A stretch of 27,249 bases of DNA from a virus (Duplodnaviria > Caudoviricetes). This document shows positions 15,812-24,645 of this stretch, piece after piece (positions within the stretch are counted from its first letter, which is position 1; each line of letters starts with the position of its first letter). The position numbers and the translations under genes are program-made. The stretch covers positions 1 to 27,249 of IMG/VR virus record IMGVR_UViG_3300047288_000081; one strand, 5' to 3'. The notes under the pieces were generated by a model. It ran no database searches and had not been told where the DNA came from. It saw nothing but the letters and a program-made list of their open reading frames with translations.

Positions 15812-17607
15812 TATGCTTGTGTGTTAATTCCTAAAACATCAAATTTAGTATCTGTATCATTCCAAACCAAACCAATATAAATAGTTTTACTAATTGTTGT
15901 TGTAGTTGGTAATGTTACTCCGATAGCTCGATAGTTAGTTCCAAAGGCTATTGTTTGTGCTGTGCCATTATCTTTAATTCTTATTATCATTGCTTGACCT
16001 TCCGACATTGTGCCTGTTGGGTTTGCTATTGTTAAGCCTGTAGCCTGAGCTGTTATCTTAACTAAATCATTTGCTGAGGTTGGTGTTACCGTTGCTGAAC
16101 TTGTTACACTTTGAACTCTCGGAGCATAATCTGCTTTAGCATTCCATGTTGAAGCACTTGTAATTCTTGAATCTGCTAAAGTTCCACTCCAACCTAAAGT
16201 TAAAGAAGTAGATTGTAATAATGCAGTTGAAGGAGTTCCACCTAAAGTTAAAGTTACATTTGTATCATCAACTTTTGTTAATGCTGCAGCAGTTACCGAA
16301 ATTGCACCGCTTGTATTATTATAACTTATCGGACTTGTACCACTTAAAGAACCTAAAGTAATATAATTAGAACCATTAGTTATTTGAGTATTATTAGTTG
16401 GAATAGTTATAGCTCCTGTTGTATTATTATATGCACCCGAACCAGCAACAAAACTTAAACTAGTTAAAGTAATATAATTAGATCCATTTACTATTTGATT
16501 ATTATTTAATTGTTGATGTTGCCATTTAGCTGGAGAACCGCCATAAACCCAAACATCATTTGCTGAAGGGGTTCCTGATTGCATATCAATTCCATGGATT
16601 CCGTCAACTGTTGGATTCGGATAAGTACCATTTAAATCACCACCAGCAGTTCCTGAAGGAGTGCCACCTGAATATTGTGGAACGTTTAAAGTTGCTCCAA
16701 CTAATGTTGCGGCTCCACTTGTGCCTGTTGTTGTTAATGTTAAAGTATCTTGTTTTAAATTTAATGCTGTTTGAGTTGCTGTAGATACGGGTTTGTTTGC
16801 ATCGGAAGTATTATCAACATTGTTTAATCCAACCATTGATTTTGTTATTCCCGAAGTCGTACCTGTAAAAGTTTTATCTCCAGCAATAGTTTGTGGACTT
16901 GTTGAAATCACACCCCTAGCTGTTGCACTTGCATCGGGAACATTTAAAGTTATTACAGGAGTTGTAGTGCCTGTTGCTACCGATGAACTTAAATCAGTTC
17001 CACTAGTTGTTAAAGTTAATGCAGCTACACTTGTAACCGTTCCACCGCCACCCGTTGAAGCAATAGTAATTATTCCATCCGCTCCAGTTCCTGTAGTTGT
17101 TAAAGTTATATTACTTCCCTCAACTAATTTTATACTTCCACCTGTAGCCGATAAAGTTGCTGTATGCGAACTTGAATCTGAAGTATTTGCTAATGTTTGA
17201 TTACCTGTATTTGTACCGCTTGTATTTGTTATAACTGTTTGTTGAGCATCGGTAACATAATTTTTATTTGTACTTGCTGCTATATCCGCTGTTGTTGCAT
17301 CTGCTCCAGCAGTTACTAAACCTTTTGAATCATAAGTGATTTTAGTTTTAGTTGCTCCAGTTATAGCTGTATTGCCAGTTACTTTAGTTCCTAATGCTGT
17401 ATTCAAATCGGTTTGACTTGTTAACGTTCCTGTTATAGCACCCCAAGTAACAGCACCCGCTGCACCTGGTCCGATTAAAGTTCCACCCAAAGTAGTACCG
17501 TCTCCGATATAAAACATTTTAGTATCAGTTGTATAAGCGACTTCGCCACTTTCTAATACAACCGTTATTCTATCGGCATTCGTGCCACGTCTAATTCTTA
17601 TTGCCAT
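15811..17607 (-). CDS. Tail fibre protein
   Basis: Mtd-N-like start (IRRGT...GEVAYTTDT..FYIGDG), Thr/Gly-rich modules, VGLNNVDNTSDANKPVSTATQTAL repeat and a C-terminal beta domain. Confidence 0.85.
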   Translation of the reverse strand: MAIRIRRGTNADRITVVLESGEVAYTTDTKMFYIGDGTTLGGTLIGPGAAGAVTWGAITGTLTSQTDLNTALGTKVTGNTAITGATKTKITYDSKGLVTAGADATTADIAASTNKNYVTDAQQTVITNTSGTNTGNQTLANTSDSSSHTATLSATGGSIKLVEGSNITLTTTGTGADGIITIASTGGGGTVTSVAALTLTTSGTDLSSSVATGTTTPVITLNVPDASATARGVISTSPQTIAGDKTFTGTTSGITKSMVGLNNVDNTSDANKPVSTATQTALNLKQDTLTLTTTGTSGAATLVGATLNVPQYSGGTPSGTAGGDLNGTYPNPTVDGIHGIDMQSGTPSANDVWVYGGSPAKWQHQQLNNNQIVNGSNYITLTSLSFVAGSGAYNNTTGAITIPTNNTQITNGSNYITLGSLSGTSPISYNNTSGAISVTAAALTKVDDTNVTLTLGGTPSTALLQSTSLTLGWSGTLADSRITSASTWNAKADYAPRVQSVTSSATVTPTSANDLVKITAQATGLTIANPTGTMSEGQAMIIRIKDNGTAQTIAFGTNYRAIGVTLPTTTTISKTIYIGLVWNDTDTKFDVLGINTQA

Positions 17608-17618
17608 TTTATATATTA

Positions 17619-17966
17619 TTAAATAAAGTTACCGCCATCTATTAAAGTATATGAAGTTGCTGCTGCAAAAGTACCGCCATCAATTAATACATTGAAATTA
17701 GTACCGCCACCACCACCACTATATATAGGAATATTTAAAACATTACTTACTAAAGTAGATGCTCCACTTGTCCCCGTTGTTGTTAATGTTATTCCGCTTC
17801 CAGCTGGCAAAAAAGATAAAGCACTTAATTGAGTTGTCCCATCGCCTAACTTGAATTGACCCGTTGTACTTAAATACGCAGGCTCACCAGCTTTTAAAAC
17901 CATAGTTGCATTGGCTGAAAACCATGCTGAATTTTTTGGATCGTATCTTAATTCTACTACTGCCAT
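17619..17966 (-). CDS. Short fibre-related protein with an Mtd-N-like domain
   Basis: W...N..VLKAGEPAY..TGQFKLGDG...L; shares a module with the downstream fibre gene. Confidence 0.7.
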   Translation of the reverse strand: MAVVELRYDPKNSAWFSANATMVLKAGEPAYLSTTGQFKLGDGTTQLSALSFLPAGSGITLTTTGTSGASTLVSNVLNIPIYSGGGGGTNFNVLIDGGTFAAATSYTLIDGGNFI

Positions 17967-18571
17967 TATGTTAAAGTTTGTATTATTGTAACTGGTGCCG
18001 GGTCAGTTAATGTTTGTATTAGTTGTTGTAAAACTTCAATCGTATAATAAGAACCGCAAGGCACTACCGCAATAACATTTCCATCTTGATCTATTATTCT
18101 TACATCATCAGGATTAATAACTGAAGGCGAACCTGTTATTGGTAAAGAGCAAGCATCCCATTCAAAGATTGATTTAAACTCTACATCAAAATACCAACCA
18201 GCAACCTCATCGTTAAAAGCATCTACAAAATCAGTTAAAGTTGCATTTTCGTTTACATCAATAAGTTCTGAGAAATCAAATTGTTTAAAATAAATTAAAG
18301 TATCTAAAGCTATTTGCTTACAATCAGATAAGACCTCAAGTTGATTTCTTAAACCCTTCTTGCTTTTATCACAAATGTAAAATCTTATAACAGTAATATC
18401 ACTAGTCCCTTCAACTCTGTTAGGTTGCAAAGTACCAAATAACATAGGATATTTAATTGACTGACCGCCATTTAATTGATCCCAAGGGTCACCAAAATAC
18501 CAACTCTTAATTTGCTTGTGAGCAGTTGAGTACGTTGCTATTGTTGATATTAATTTGTTTAAGGTAAACAT
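17966..18571 (-). CDS. Virion structural protein (possible tail terminator/completion protein)
   Basis: 201-aa ORF after the portal and adaptor genes; function inferred from position and size. Confidence 0.5.
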   Translation of the reverse strand: MFTLNKLISTIATYSTAHKQIKSWYFGDPWDQLNGGQSIKYPMLFGTLQPNRVEGTSDITVIRFYICDKSKKGLRNQLEVLSDCKQIALDTLIYFKQFDFSELIDVNENATLTDFVDAFNDEVAGWYFDVEFKSIFEWDACSLPITGSPSVINPDDVRIIDQDGNVIAVVPCGSYYTIEVLQQLIQTLTDPAPVTIIQTLT

Positions 18572-18628
18572 CTATTAATTTCTTATTTTTTTTAATGTAC
18601 TTTTTAATTTCAATCTTTGTTTTTTTTC

Positions 18629-19210
18629 TTATTGCCATATAGGATTGTCTCGGTTATCTTGAATATTACTATAATCTTTTTTACCCAAAATTCTAGTGCC
18701 TAAATAAATATCAACATCGTAAGCATTTCGTTCAGGGAATATATCCGCTCCTGTATTTGTGTTATAAGTTGGGTAAGTAGAGTTATTATAGTTTAAATAT
18801 TTTATCATTCTATCACCGTACATCTCGCCATTTGTTTTCCAAATATTCATTAAATATTCCATGTCGTTAGTTGGTATCGGTTGCCCGTTATCACTGCTAT
18901 TAGTCATTATGCCTTTGTTAGCATATCGGAATTTAAACGTTGGTGAGCTTTCATACATAATATAGTGAACCATCATTTTTAAAATGTAGTTATCTATTAT
19001 TGTTTTGTAAGCTGCTGGAATAGTTGTTGCTGAATTTATATAAGCTAAGATATGAGTTTCAATAGTATTATATAAACTAGTTCCCAAAAGTGGAAGTATG
19101 TATTTATCCTGTACCAATTCAATTACTGGTGTTATCTTATCGTACTCCGTGTTATCGTCAATAACCGAATGTCTAATTAAATAATCTTGTCCTATCCAAA
19201 GTGTTGCCAT
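18629..19210 (-). CDS. Putative head-tail adaptor protein
   Basis: Directly after the portal gene; helical pattern QDKYILPLLGTSLY. Function inferred. Confidence 0.55.
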   Translation of the reverse strand: MATLWIGQDYLIRHSVIDDNTEYDKITPVIELVQDKYILPLLGTSLYNTIETHILAYINSATTIPAAYKTIIDNYILKMMVHYIMYESSPTFKFRYANKGIMTNSSDNGQPIPTNDMEYLMNIWKTNGEMYGDRMIKYLNYNNSTYPTYNTNTGADIFPERNAYDVDIYLGTRILGKKDYSNIQDNRDNPIWQ

Positions 19211-19211
19211 G

Positions 19212-21347
19212 TTATTTCTTTTTACGTTTTATCCTAGTTTCACCAACCCAAATGTGTCGGCACCAAGGAGTTGTTTCAGTTCCATCATTATAAAATCCAC
19301 CTCTGAAATCCCAGGCCGAAGAACCAAATTCGTTGCTGTAATCCTCAATTTCATTATATGTTAATCTTTTAGCTTTTAATTTGCCATCGACTAATTCAGT
19401 TCCTGAAGTTAATTTGTACATTCTTCTGCAAAAATCTCTTGTTGTATCAATTATTTCATCTCCACTTACATCAGGTCTTATATCGTATCTATAAACTGTA
19501 TAAATTTCAGTCTCATAATCTGCAGTATCTTTATCTAATCCTTTTTCAGTTGGTGTAAATATACCTCCTAAAGTATCAATTAATTTTTTAGCAGCTAACC
19601 ATTCTAATACAGTTGTAACTTTATCTTTATCTACATTTAATGCCTTAGCAAGTTCTTCAGGCTTAGCAAATGGATTACCTTTTAATTGGTTTAATATTCC
19701 ATTTCTTAAATCGGTTTCCGATAACTGAAATCTATTAGCTGTGTATAATTTTTGTTTAGATAACTCGAATTTTAAAACTTGTTTTGAATCCTTAAAGTTT
19801 ACATATTCAATATCTATGATTTCATCTTCATCATCTATTTGTATTGCTCGAGCAGTTGCCCATTCAATAAATCTTTTTTCTTTATCATTTGATTGTTGAA
19901 CTTTTACAACCTCATTATTCATTTCTTCTTGTGCTATTCCTAAGAACGTTAAAGCATCAGCATCACTTAATCCAAATCCTGTTTTAATCATTATTAATGC
20001 CTGGTCCGCTGTATAATCACCTTTCTTTAACTTGTTGGCTATATTAAAAAGATTTTGTCTTTGTCTGCCTGTTAAGTTTTTAAGGTGTTCGTTAACTTGT
20101 ATTTCTTCTTGAATTACAGTCGCACTCGGAGTGCCAATTTCTGCAGCTTCAATCTTTAACCCGTATTTTTCAATTATATAATTAGTTACGATATTAGGGT
20201 CTCTAGCATTTAAAGCATTGATAACATTTTGATTTTCTAATGGAAGTTCCTTGCCTATTGGCTGAACTTGTTCTACTTCAAATGTAATATCTAAACCAGT
20301 TTTTAGTTTAAACATTTTATCAATAAACTTATTGAATGCTACTTGTTCAATCTTAGCATATTCGTTAATAAATAATTCGTGAGCTAAATCTAATTCGTTA
20401 CGATCGCCTAAAGTACCCTCAGTTTTGATTTTAAATAATACTCCTGGCACGTTATGTCCTGTTATTATCTTTTGTTGGTTACGTTTATTTAACGCTTCGT
20501 ATTGGTCTGCTAATCCTGTTGGAGTTACATTTACAACTTCTGCTCCTTTGCCATCGGGATTAGTAAATGATAATACTACTTTACCAGCATTTTGTGTGCC
20601 TTGATGTTTCTCTTGGAATCTTTCTTTAATATCTTCTTTTACTTCAGGTGTTAATTTACCACTAAAAAAAGTAATAATATGACCAGCACTAAATCCATTC
20701 TTTACTAAAGAGTGAAAAAAGTTACTAATCTCAATATCGGTATTTATGTCTAATAGAACACTTGAATAATCGGGTGAAGGGTAAAGTCCATCTAATTCAT
20801 TTAAAGACGGTGTAAAGTCCTTAGAATAGTAAATTGAGGCACCTATAAAGCCTTCCTTGTAAAATGGAAAGTAAGTCTTTTTTAAATGGTAACTTTTAGC
20901 AGTCCAATCTTCTGAATACCAAACTCCGCAATTATCCGCACTTAGTCTTATCTTACCCATATCTAAATGGTAAAACTCAATCGGTTGACCTATTAAATTT
21001 GTAGTTACTTGACATGCGAAACCTCCATAAATTGCTTTGTCGGAATCACATTTTTTTCTTAATTCATACCATGAATCAAATCTATTTGCCTTCGCTAAAA
21101 ATTGTTGAACTTGTGGTAAATCTTGACTAGGTACTATTTTCAGTCCGCTAAGATAACGTGCTTTACCTTTTAATATTGCAGCGTGTTCAGGATGATTGTT
21201 ATAAGAATTTAATAATTCTTTAGGGAAGTTATTGTCTTTGCCCCACTTAACAAATTCTCCAGCAGTATCTATTTTATAAGTCGGAAGTTGGTTAACATCC
21301 ATCTTAATAGTAATTATGTCATTATATACTTCTAATTTTTTAGCCAT
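19212..21347 (-). CDS. Portal protein with a long C-terminal extension
   Basis: WGKDNNFP..L...YNNHPEHAAI, YPSPDY, NGFSAG, GTQNAGK and IITGHNV...LF resemble PBSX-type portals; about 300 additional C-terminal residues. Confidence 0.8.
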   Translation of the reverse strand: MAKKLEVYNDIITIKMDVNQLPTYKIDTAGEFVKWGKDNNFPKELLNSYNNHPEHAAILKGKARYLSGLKIVPSQDLPQVQQFLAKANRFDSWYELRKKCDSDKAIYGGFACQVTTNLIGQPIEFYHLDMGKIRLSADNCGVWYSEDWTAKSYHLKKTYFPFYKEGFIGASIYYSKDFTPSLNELDGLYPSPDYSSVLLDINTDIEISNFFHSLVKNGFSAGHIITFFSGKLTPEVKEDIKERFQEKHQGTQNAGKVVLSFTNPDGKGAEVVNVTPTGLADQYEALNKRNQQKIITGHNVPGVLFKIKTEGTLGDRNELDLAHELFINEYAKIEQVAFNKFIDKMFKLKTGLDITFEVEQVQPIGKELPLENQNVINALNARDPNIVTNYIIEKYGLKIEAAEIGTPSATVIQEEIQVNEHLKNLTGRQRQNLFNIANKLKKGDYTADQALIMIKTGFGLSDADALTFLGIAQEEMNNEVVKVQQSNDKEKRFIEWATARAIQIDDEDEIIDIEYVNFKDSKQVLKFELSKQKLYTANRFQLSETDLRNGILNQLKGNPFAKPEELAKALNVDKDKVTTVLEWLAAKKLIDTLGGIFTPTEKGLDKDTADYETEIYTVYRYDIRPDVSGDEIIDTTRDFCRRMYKLTSGTELVDGKLKAKRLTYNEIEDYSNEFGSSAWDFRGGFYNDGTETTPWCRHIWVGETRIKRKKK

Positions 21348-21726
21348 TGTAAACCTTGTTAGTTATTGCTCCGCCTTGATATTCTTTAAATGTAATTTTT
21401 GTTAAATCATAACAAGTTGCATAACCCACCTCCACTACATTTAATCCAGTTGGATTAGTATTACTATTGCCTACTTGTTCGTAAATCGTATATTCGTAAT
21501 CGCCTACTGTTAATGATATTTGTGCAGTTGTTGGTGTTGCTGTTTCAACTATTATAAATTCATTATATCGTTCCTTTTGTGTGCTTATATCCGCTGGTAA
21601 AAAGTATTGTGATGTATTTGTTTGAACGTTTTTAAACTGAAATAAAAAATAAGGATTTGCTAATAAACATTTCTCCTGTAATGTTAAGATAACTGTATTA
21701 CTATTATTCTTATTAATTGTTATCAT
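21340..21726 (-). CDS. Hypothetical virion protein (beta-rich)
   Basis: 128-aa ORF with GDYEYTIYEQ...VEVG, preceded by a late promoter motif. Confidence 0.65.
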   Translation of the reverse strand: MITINKNNSNTVILTLQEKCLLANPYFLFQFKNVQTNTSQYFLPADISTQKERYNEFIIVETATPTTAQISLTVGDYEYTIYEQVGNSNTNPTGLNVVEVGYATCYDLTKITFKEYQGGAITNKVYNG

Positions 21727-21758
21727 ACTTATATAACGTACAAATATATCAATTTGTT
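21727..21758 (-). promoter_or_regulatory. Putative phage-sigma late promoter 2
   Basis: AACAA ATTGATATATTTGTA CGTTAT ATAAGT ATG. Confidence 0.8.
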
Positions 21759-21762
21759 ATTT

Positions 21763-21795
21763 AAAAAAAAAGCCCAAGCTTACGGGCCTGAGCTT
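21763..21795 (-). terminator. Rho-independent terminator after the major tail gene
   Basis: Minus strand AAGCTCAGGC-CCGTAA-GCTTGGGCTT followed by a U run; two G-U pairs work only on this strand. Confidence 0.85.
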
Positions 21796-21814
21796 AACTT
21801 TAAAAAGTTATTGA

Positions 21815-22342
21815 TTAAGCTATTAAGTTAGCTATCAAAGTACTTGTTACTTTGTAAATTGGAGCTATCTCCTTACCTTTAAAAGAAAGTTTGTGTCCAT
21901 TCATGTCAGTAATTGCAGTTCCGCTTTCAGTTGACCAAGTTAATAAATCCATTCCTTGATCCTTACCAAATAACCAATAGTCACCGTTAATATCTTGAAC
22001 CATCATAGTCAAAACGTTTTGAGCAACTAATTGAATTTCTTGAATAACTGTAGAAGTTAATTTTTTAATAGTGAAATCAATTTGTGGTTCGTATGAAATA
22101 GTTCCTGAAGCTGGAGTATAAGTACCAGGACTTGTAAACATTCCCATCTCTTTATCCAAAGAATACACTCGGTACTTCTTGCCTGTTGCTAAAGTATAAG
22201 CTGTAACCACTCCAGCAGTTGCTGTAAAAGCATAACCAGTTCCTGAGTTGTTTTCAAATTCAGTTAGATAAACATTTTTTATTCCACCAGCTCCACCTTT
22301 ACAACCTAGAAAGGTATAACCGCTTGTTAATACACATGGCAT
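21815..22342 (-). CDS. Putative major tail tube protein
   Basis: 175-aa beta-rich ORF (GC..G.GGIK.VY...D.NG.YWL.G...G...SGTA..D.NG..L.F) after the capsid gene and before a terminator. Confidence 0.65.
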   Translation of the reverse strand: MPCVLTSGYTFLGCKGGAGGIKNVYLTEFENNSGTGYAFTATAGVVTAYTLATGKKYRVYSLDKEMGMFTSPGTYTPASGTISYEPQIDFTIKKLTSTVIQEIQLVAQNVLTMMVQDINGDYWLFGKDQGMDLLTWSTESGTAITDMNGHKLSFKGKEIAPIYKVTSTLIANLIA

Positions 22343-22372
22343 AATTTTATAATTTTAATTTGTTTATAATAA

Positions 22373-22388
22373 GGAGGGTTGCCCCTCC
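22373..22388 (-). terminator. GNRA hairpin after the capsid gene (weak terminator or mRNA stabiliser)
   Basis: GGAGGG-GCAA-CCCTCC followed by TTATT on the minus strand. Confidence 0.6.
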
Positions 22389-22395
22389 ATTAAAT

Positions 22396-23403
22396 TTATC
22401 CTACGTAAAGAACATTCATTGCTTGATTCACAACGTGTGCGAAGATTGTCATGATATTCTTAACGAACATATCTTCACGATTGAAAGCAATTTTGTTAAC
22501 TTCAAATTTATTGATATCGCTCACTAAATCAGTACACCAGTAAATATAATCTGGTCTTGCAGCTATAACAACGTTCTCAGCTAAAGGCACGAATTGAATT
22601 TGAATTCCATTGTAGAAATAAGCTTCAGTTGCTTGACCTAAATTAGTTACTGCGAATAAATCACGGTAAGTAGCAGATACGTTATAAATATTAATTAATT
22701 GTTTGTGAGAATAAGGAGCATAAATAAATGGCTTAACTGCACCATTAATAACTCTTGCTGGGATAGCTGCGTACACTTTTGCGTATTCAGTTTGGATATT
22801 AGTACTAGATATAGTCGTTCCTAAAACCTTAATACGAGTTCCTAAAGCACCACCATTATAAATCATTCTAGTTGCAACACCATCAAGTAATGAAGCTGAA
22901 CCTGAAGCAACTAATGCTTGTTCAACTGAACTAACTTGATTCTGAGCAGTTCCTGGAGTTAAAGCTGCAACTGCAGTACGTGTAGCACTTGTTGCACCAT
23001 TCCAAAACTTACTTTGTAAATCTTCAGCAATTAAATTACCATAAGACTTTAATACTACTGAACCAAATTCACTTGATTCAATTTCCCATGCACCTGGCTT
23101 CATAGTCGTTTTGAAACGTGATGAACGCAAAGCATTAGGATCAAATTCTTGGTAGTACATTAATTTAGTTGGAGTAATCAAAGTATCAACTAATCCAAAA
23201 GTTCCTGATGAAGAAGGAGCACCACTTGCAAATGCTTGAGCTGTTACTGTGTTATCATTTTCAGTAAAGATTGTATCCGCTTTAATATCGGTTGCTAAAC
23301 TTACTAAGTTCTTATTTACAGTATCATTTGCAAATAAAATTTCTTCGATTATCGGTTGTACTGCTACACCTCTTAAATCTACTATTGTTGCTGAAATTGC
23401 CAT
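22396..23403 (-). CDS. Major capsid protein
   Basis: 335 aa, after the protease and scaffold genes; IAEDLQSKFWNG and LLDG pattern; followed by a hairpin. Confidence 0.75.
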   Translation of the reverse strand: MAISATIVDLRGVAVQPIIEEILFANDTVNKNLVSLATDIKADTIFTENDNTVTAQAFASGAPSSSGTFGLVDTLITPTKLMYYQEFDPNALRSSRFKTTMKPGAWEIESSEFGSVVLKSYGNLIAEDLQSKFWNGATSATRTAVAALTPGTAQNQVSSVEQALVASGSASLLDGVATRMIYNGGALGTRIKVLGTTISSTNIQTEYAKVYAAIPARVINGAVKPFIYAPYSHKQLINIYNVSATYRDLFAVTNLGQATEAYFYNGIQIQFVPLAENVVIAARPDYIYWCTDLVSDINKFEVNKIAFNREDMFVKNIMTIFAHVVNQAMNVLYVG

Positions 23404-23435
23404 TTTATATTTTGTTTTAAATTATTATTAATTAA

Positions 23436-24020
23436 TTATTTTGATAGTCTAAATTTTTCTAAAGGACTTAATTCTTCCCAACTTTTAGAAACCTTAGTTT
23501 CATTTTGTATTGGAGTGTTTAAAATCTCATTTACTACTTTGTTAAGTAAAACAACTTGTTTTTTTAAACTAGATATTTGACTTTCTAAAGATACTTGCAT
23601 GTTACTCATTTGAGTTTTCATATCGGGCATCTTTAATTCTGGAGCAACTACTTCAGGTAACTCAGGAGCTTCTTCTGCTTTACTAGCAATCTCAGCTACT
23701 ATTCCACTTGCAATAGTTACGATGTTGCCATCTTCCATTGTGTATTCGCCATCCATTACTGGACTAGGTGTACCACTTGTAATATCCATTATTGCAGTTC
23801 CGATAACTAATTCACCATCGTATGCGAATACTAAACCATCAACTGTTTTAGCTTCTTTCATTTTAACTTCAGGAGTTTGCTCAGTACTTGGTTTTTTTTC
23901 GTCAGTTGGCATTGTAGATGGTGCAGCAACTGGATTAAGACCTTCTAAGGCCACACGTTCATCAACACTAAGTTTAGTTATGATAAAGTCTTTAATTTTT
24001 GAGATAACATTTGTTTCCAT
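23436..24020 (-). CDS. Putative capsid scaffolding protein
   Basis: Acidic and Pro-rich, PVMDGEYTMEDG.IVTI..G.V.EI, C-terminal coiled coil; lies between protease and capsid genes. Confidence 0.65.
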   Translation of the reverse strand: METNVISKIKDFIITKLSVDERVALEGLNPVAAPSTMPTDEKKPSTEQTPEVKMKEAKTVDGLVFAYDGELVIGTAIMDITSGTPSPVMDGEYTMEDGNIVTIASGIVAEIASKAEEAPELPEVVAPELKMPDMKTQMSNMQVSLESQISSLKKQVVLLNKVVNEILNTPIQNETKVSKSWEELSPLEKFRLSK

Positions 24021-24052
24021 ATTTATATAACGTTTAAAGTTTTTAAATTGTT
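24021..24052 (-). promoter_or_regulatory. Putative phage-sigma late promoter 3 (embedded in the protease 3' end)
   Basis: AACAA TTTAAAAACTTTAAA CGTTAT ATAAAT ATG. Confidence 0.8.
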
Positions 24053-24613
24053 TATTATTTTTATTACTTGTTCATCTGACATAGTTACTTTATTGACTTC
24101 AGCTGTTTTAAAAAGGCCATCAATCGAAACACCGTTAACTTCACCCGACTTGATTTTTGTCCATACATCATCCGATTCAACCTTGCCCGTAAGAAACCAA
24201 GTTCCCTCTGGCAATCCTTCGAAGCCTTTTGCTGTTGCAAATCTTTCATTATTTAATAATACTGATTCAAAAAATGTAACTCCTTCTATTAATTTACTTG
24301 AATGCTCAATATCTACAGCACTGCTTAAATTATCTTTAACCCATTTTTGTTCTACTAATTCAATCGTTTCTTTATCGAACATCAAATTAAATTCCTCACC
24401 AGCTATATTCCGATAAATTAATTGATTAGGTATAAGTACAGGAGTAAATATAATTCTTTTGTCTTCGTTTTGAATTGCTAATTTGATTTCAGATTGTTTG
24501 TTAAACTTAATCCAATTTATTTGAATTGCTGGATCACTTACTAAACTAACTGTCTTTAATCCCATCTCGGAATCTTCGACATCTATTATTGCTTTCTTAA
24601 TTGGTAATTCCAT
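24023..24613 (-). CDS. Prohead serine protease (XkdF-like)
   Basis: VSLVSDPAI, LIPNQLIYR, IEH, LPEGTWF...KV...VW.KIKSGEVNGVSIDG. Confidence 0.85.
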   Translation of the reverse strand: MELPIKKAIIDVEDSEMGLKTVSLVSDPAIQINWIKFNKQSEIKLAIQNEDKRIIFTPVLIPNQLIYRNIAGEEFNLMFDKETIELVEQKWVKDNLSSAVDIEHSSKLIEGVTFFESVLLNNERFATAKGFEGLPEGTWFLTGKVESDDVWTKIKSGEVNGVSIDGLFKTAEVNKVTMSDEQVIKIINNLKTLNVI

Positions 24614-24645
24614 AATCTAATAACGTTTAAATTTTAAATATTGTT
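24614..24645 (-). promoter_or_regulatory. Putative phage-sigma late promoter 4
   Basis: AACAA TATTTAAAATTTAAA CGTTAT TAGATT ATG. Confidence 0.8.

Noticed and set aside
15811-17966. Possible diversity-generating retroelement suggested by Mtd-N-like domains
   Set aside because: No reverse transcriptase and no TR/VR pair differing at adenines were seen in the window.
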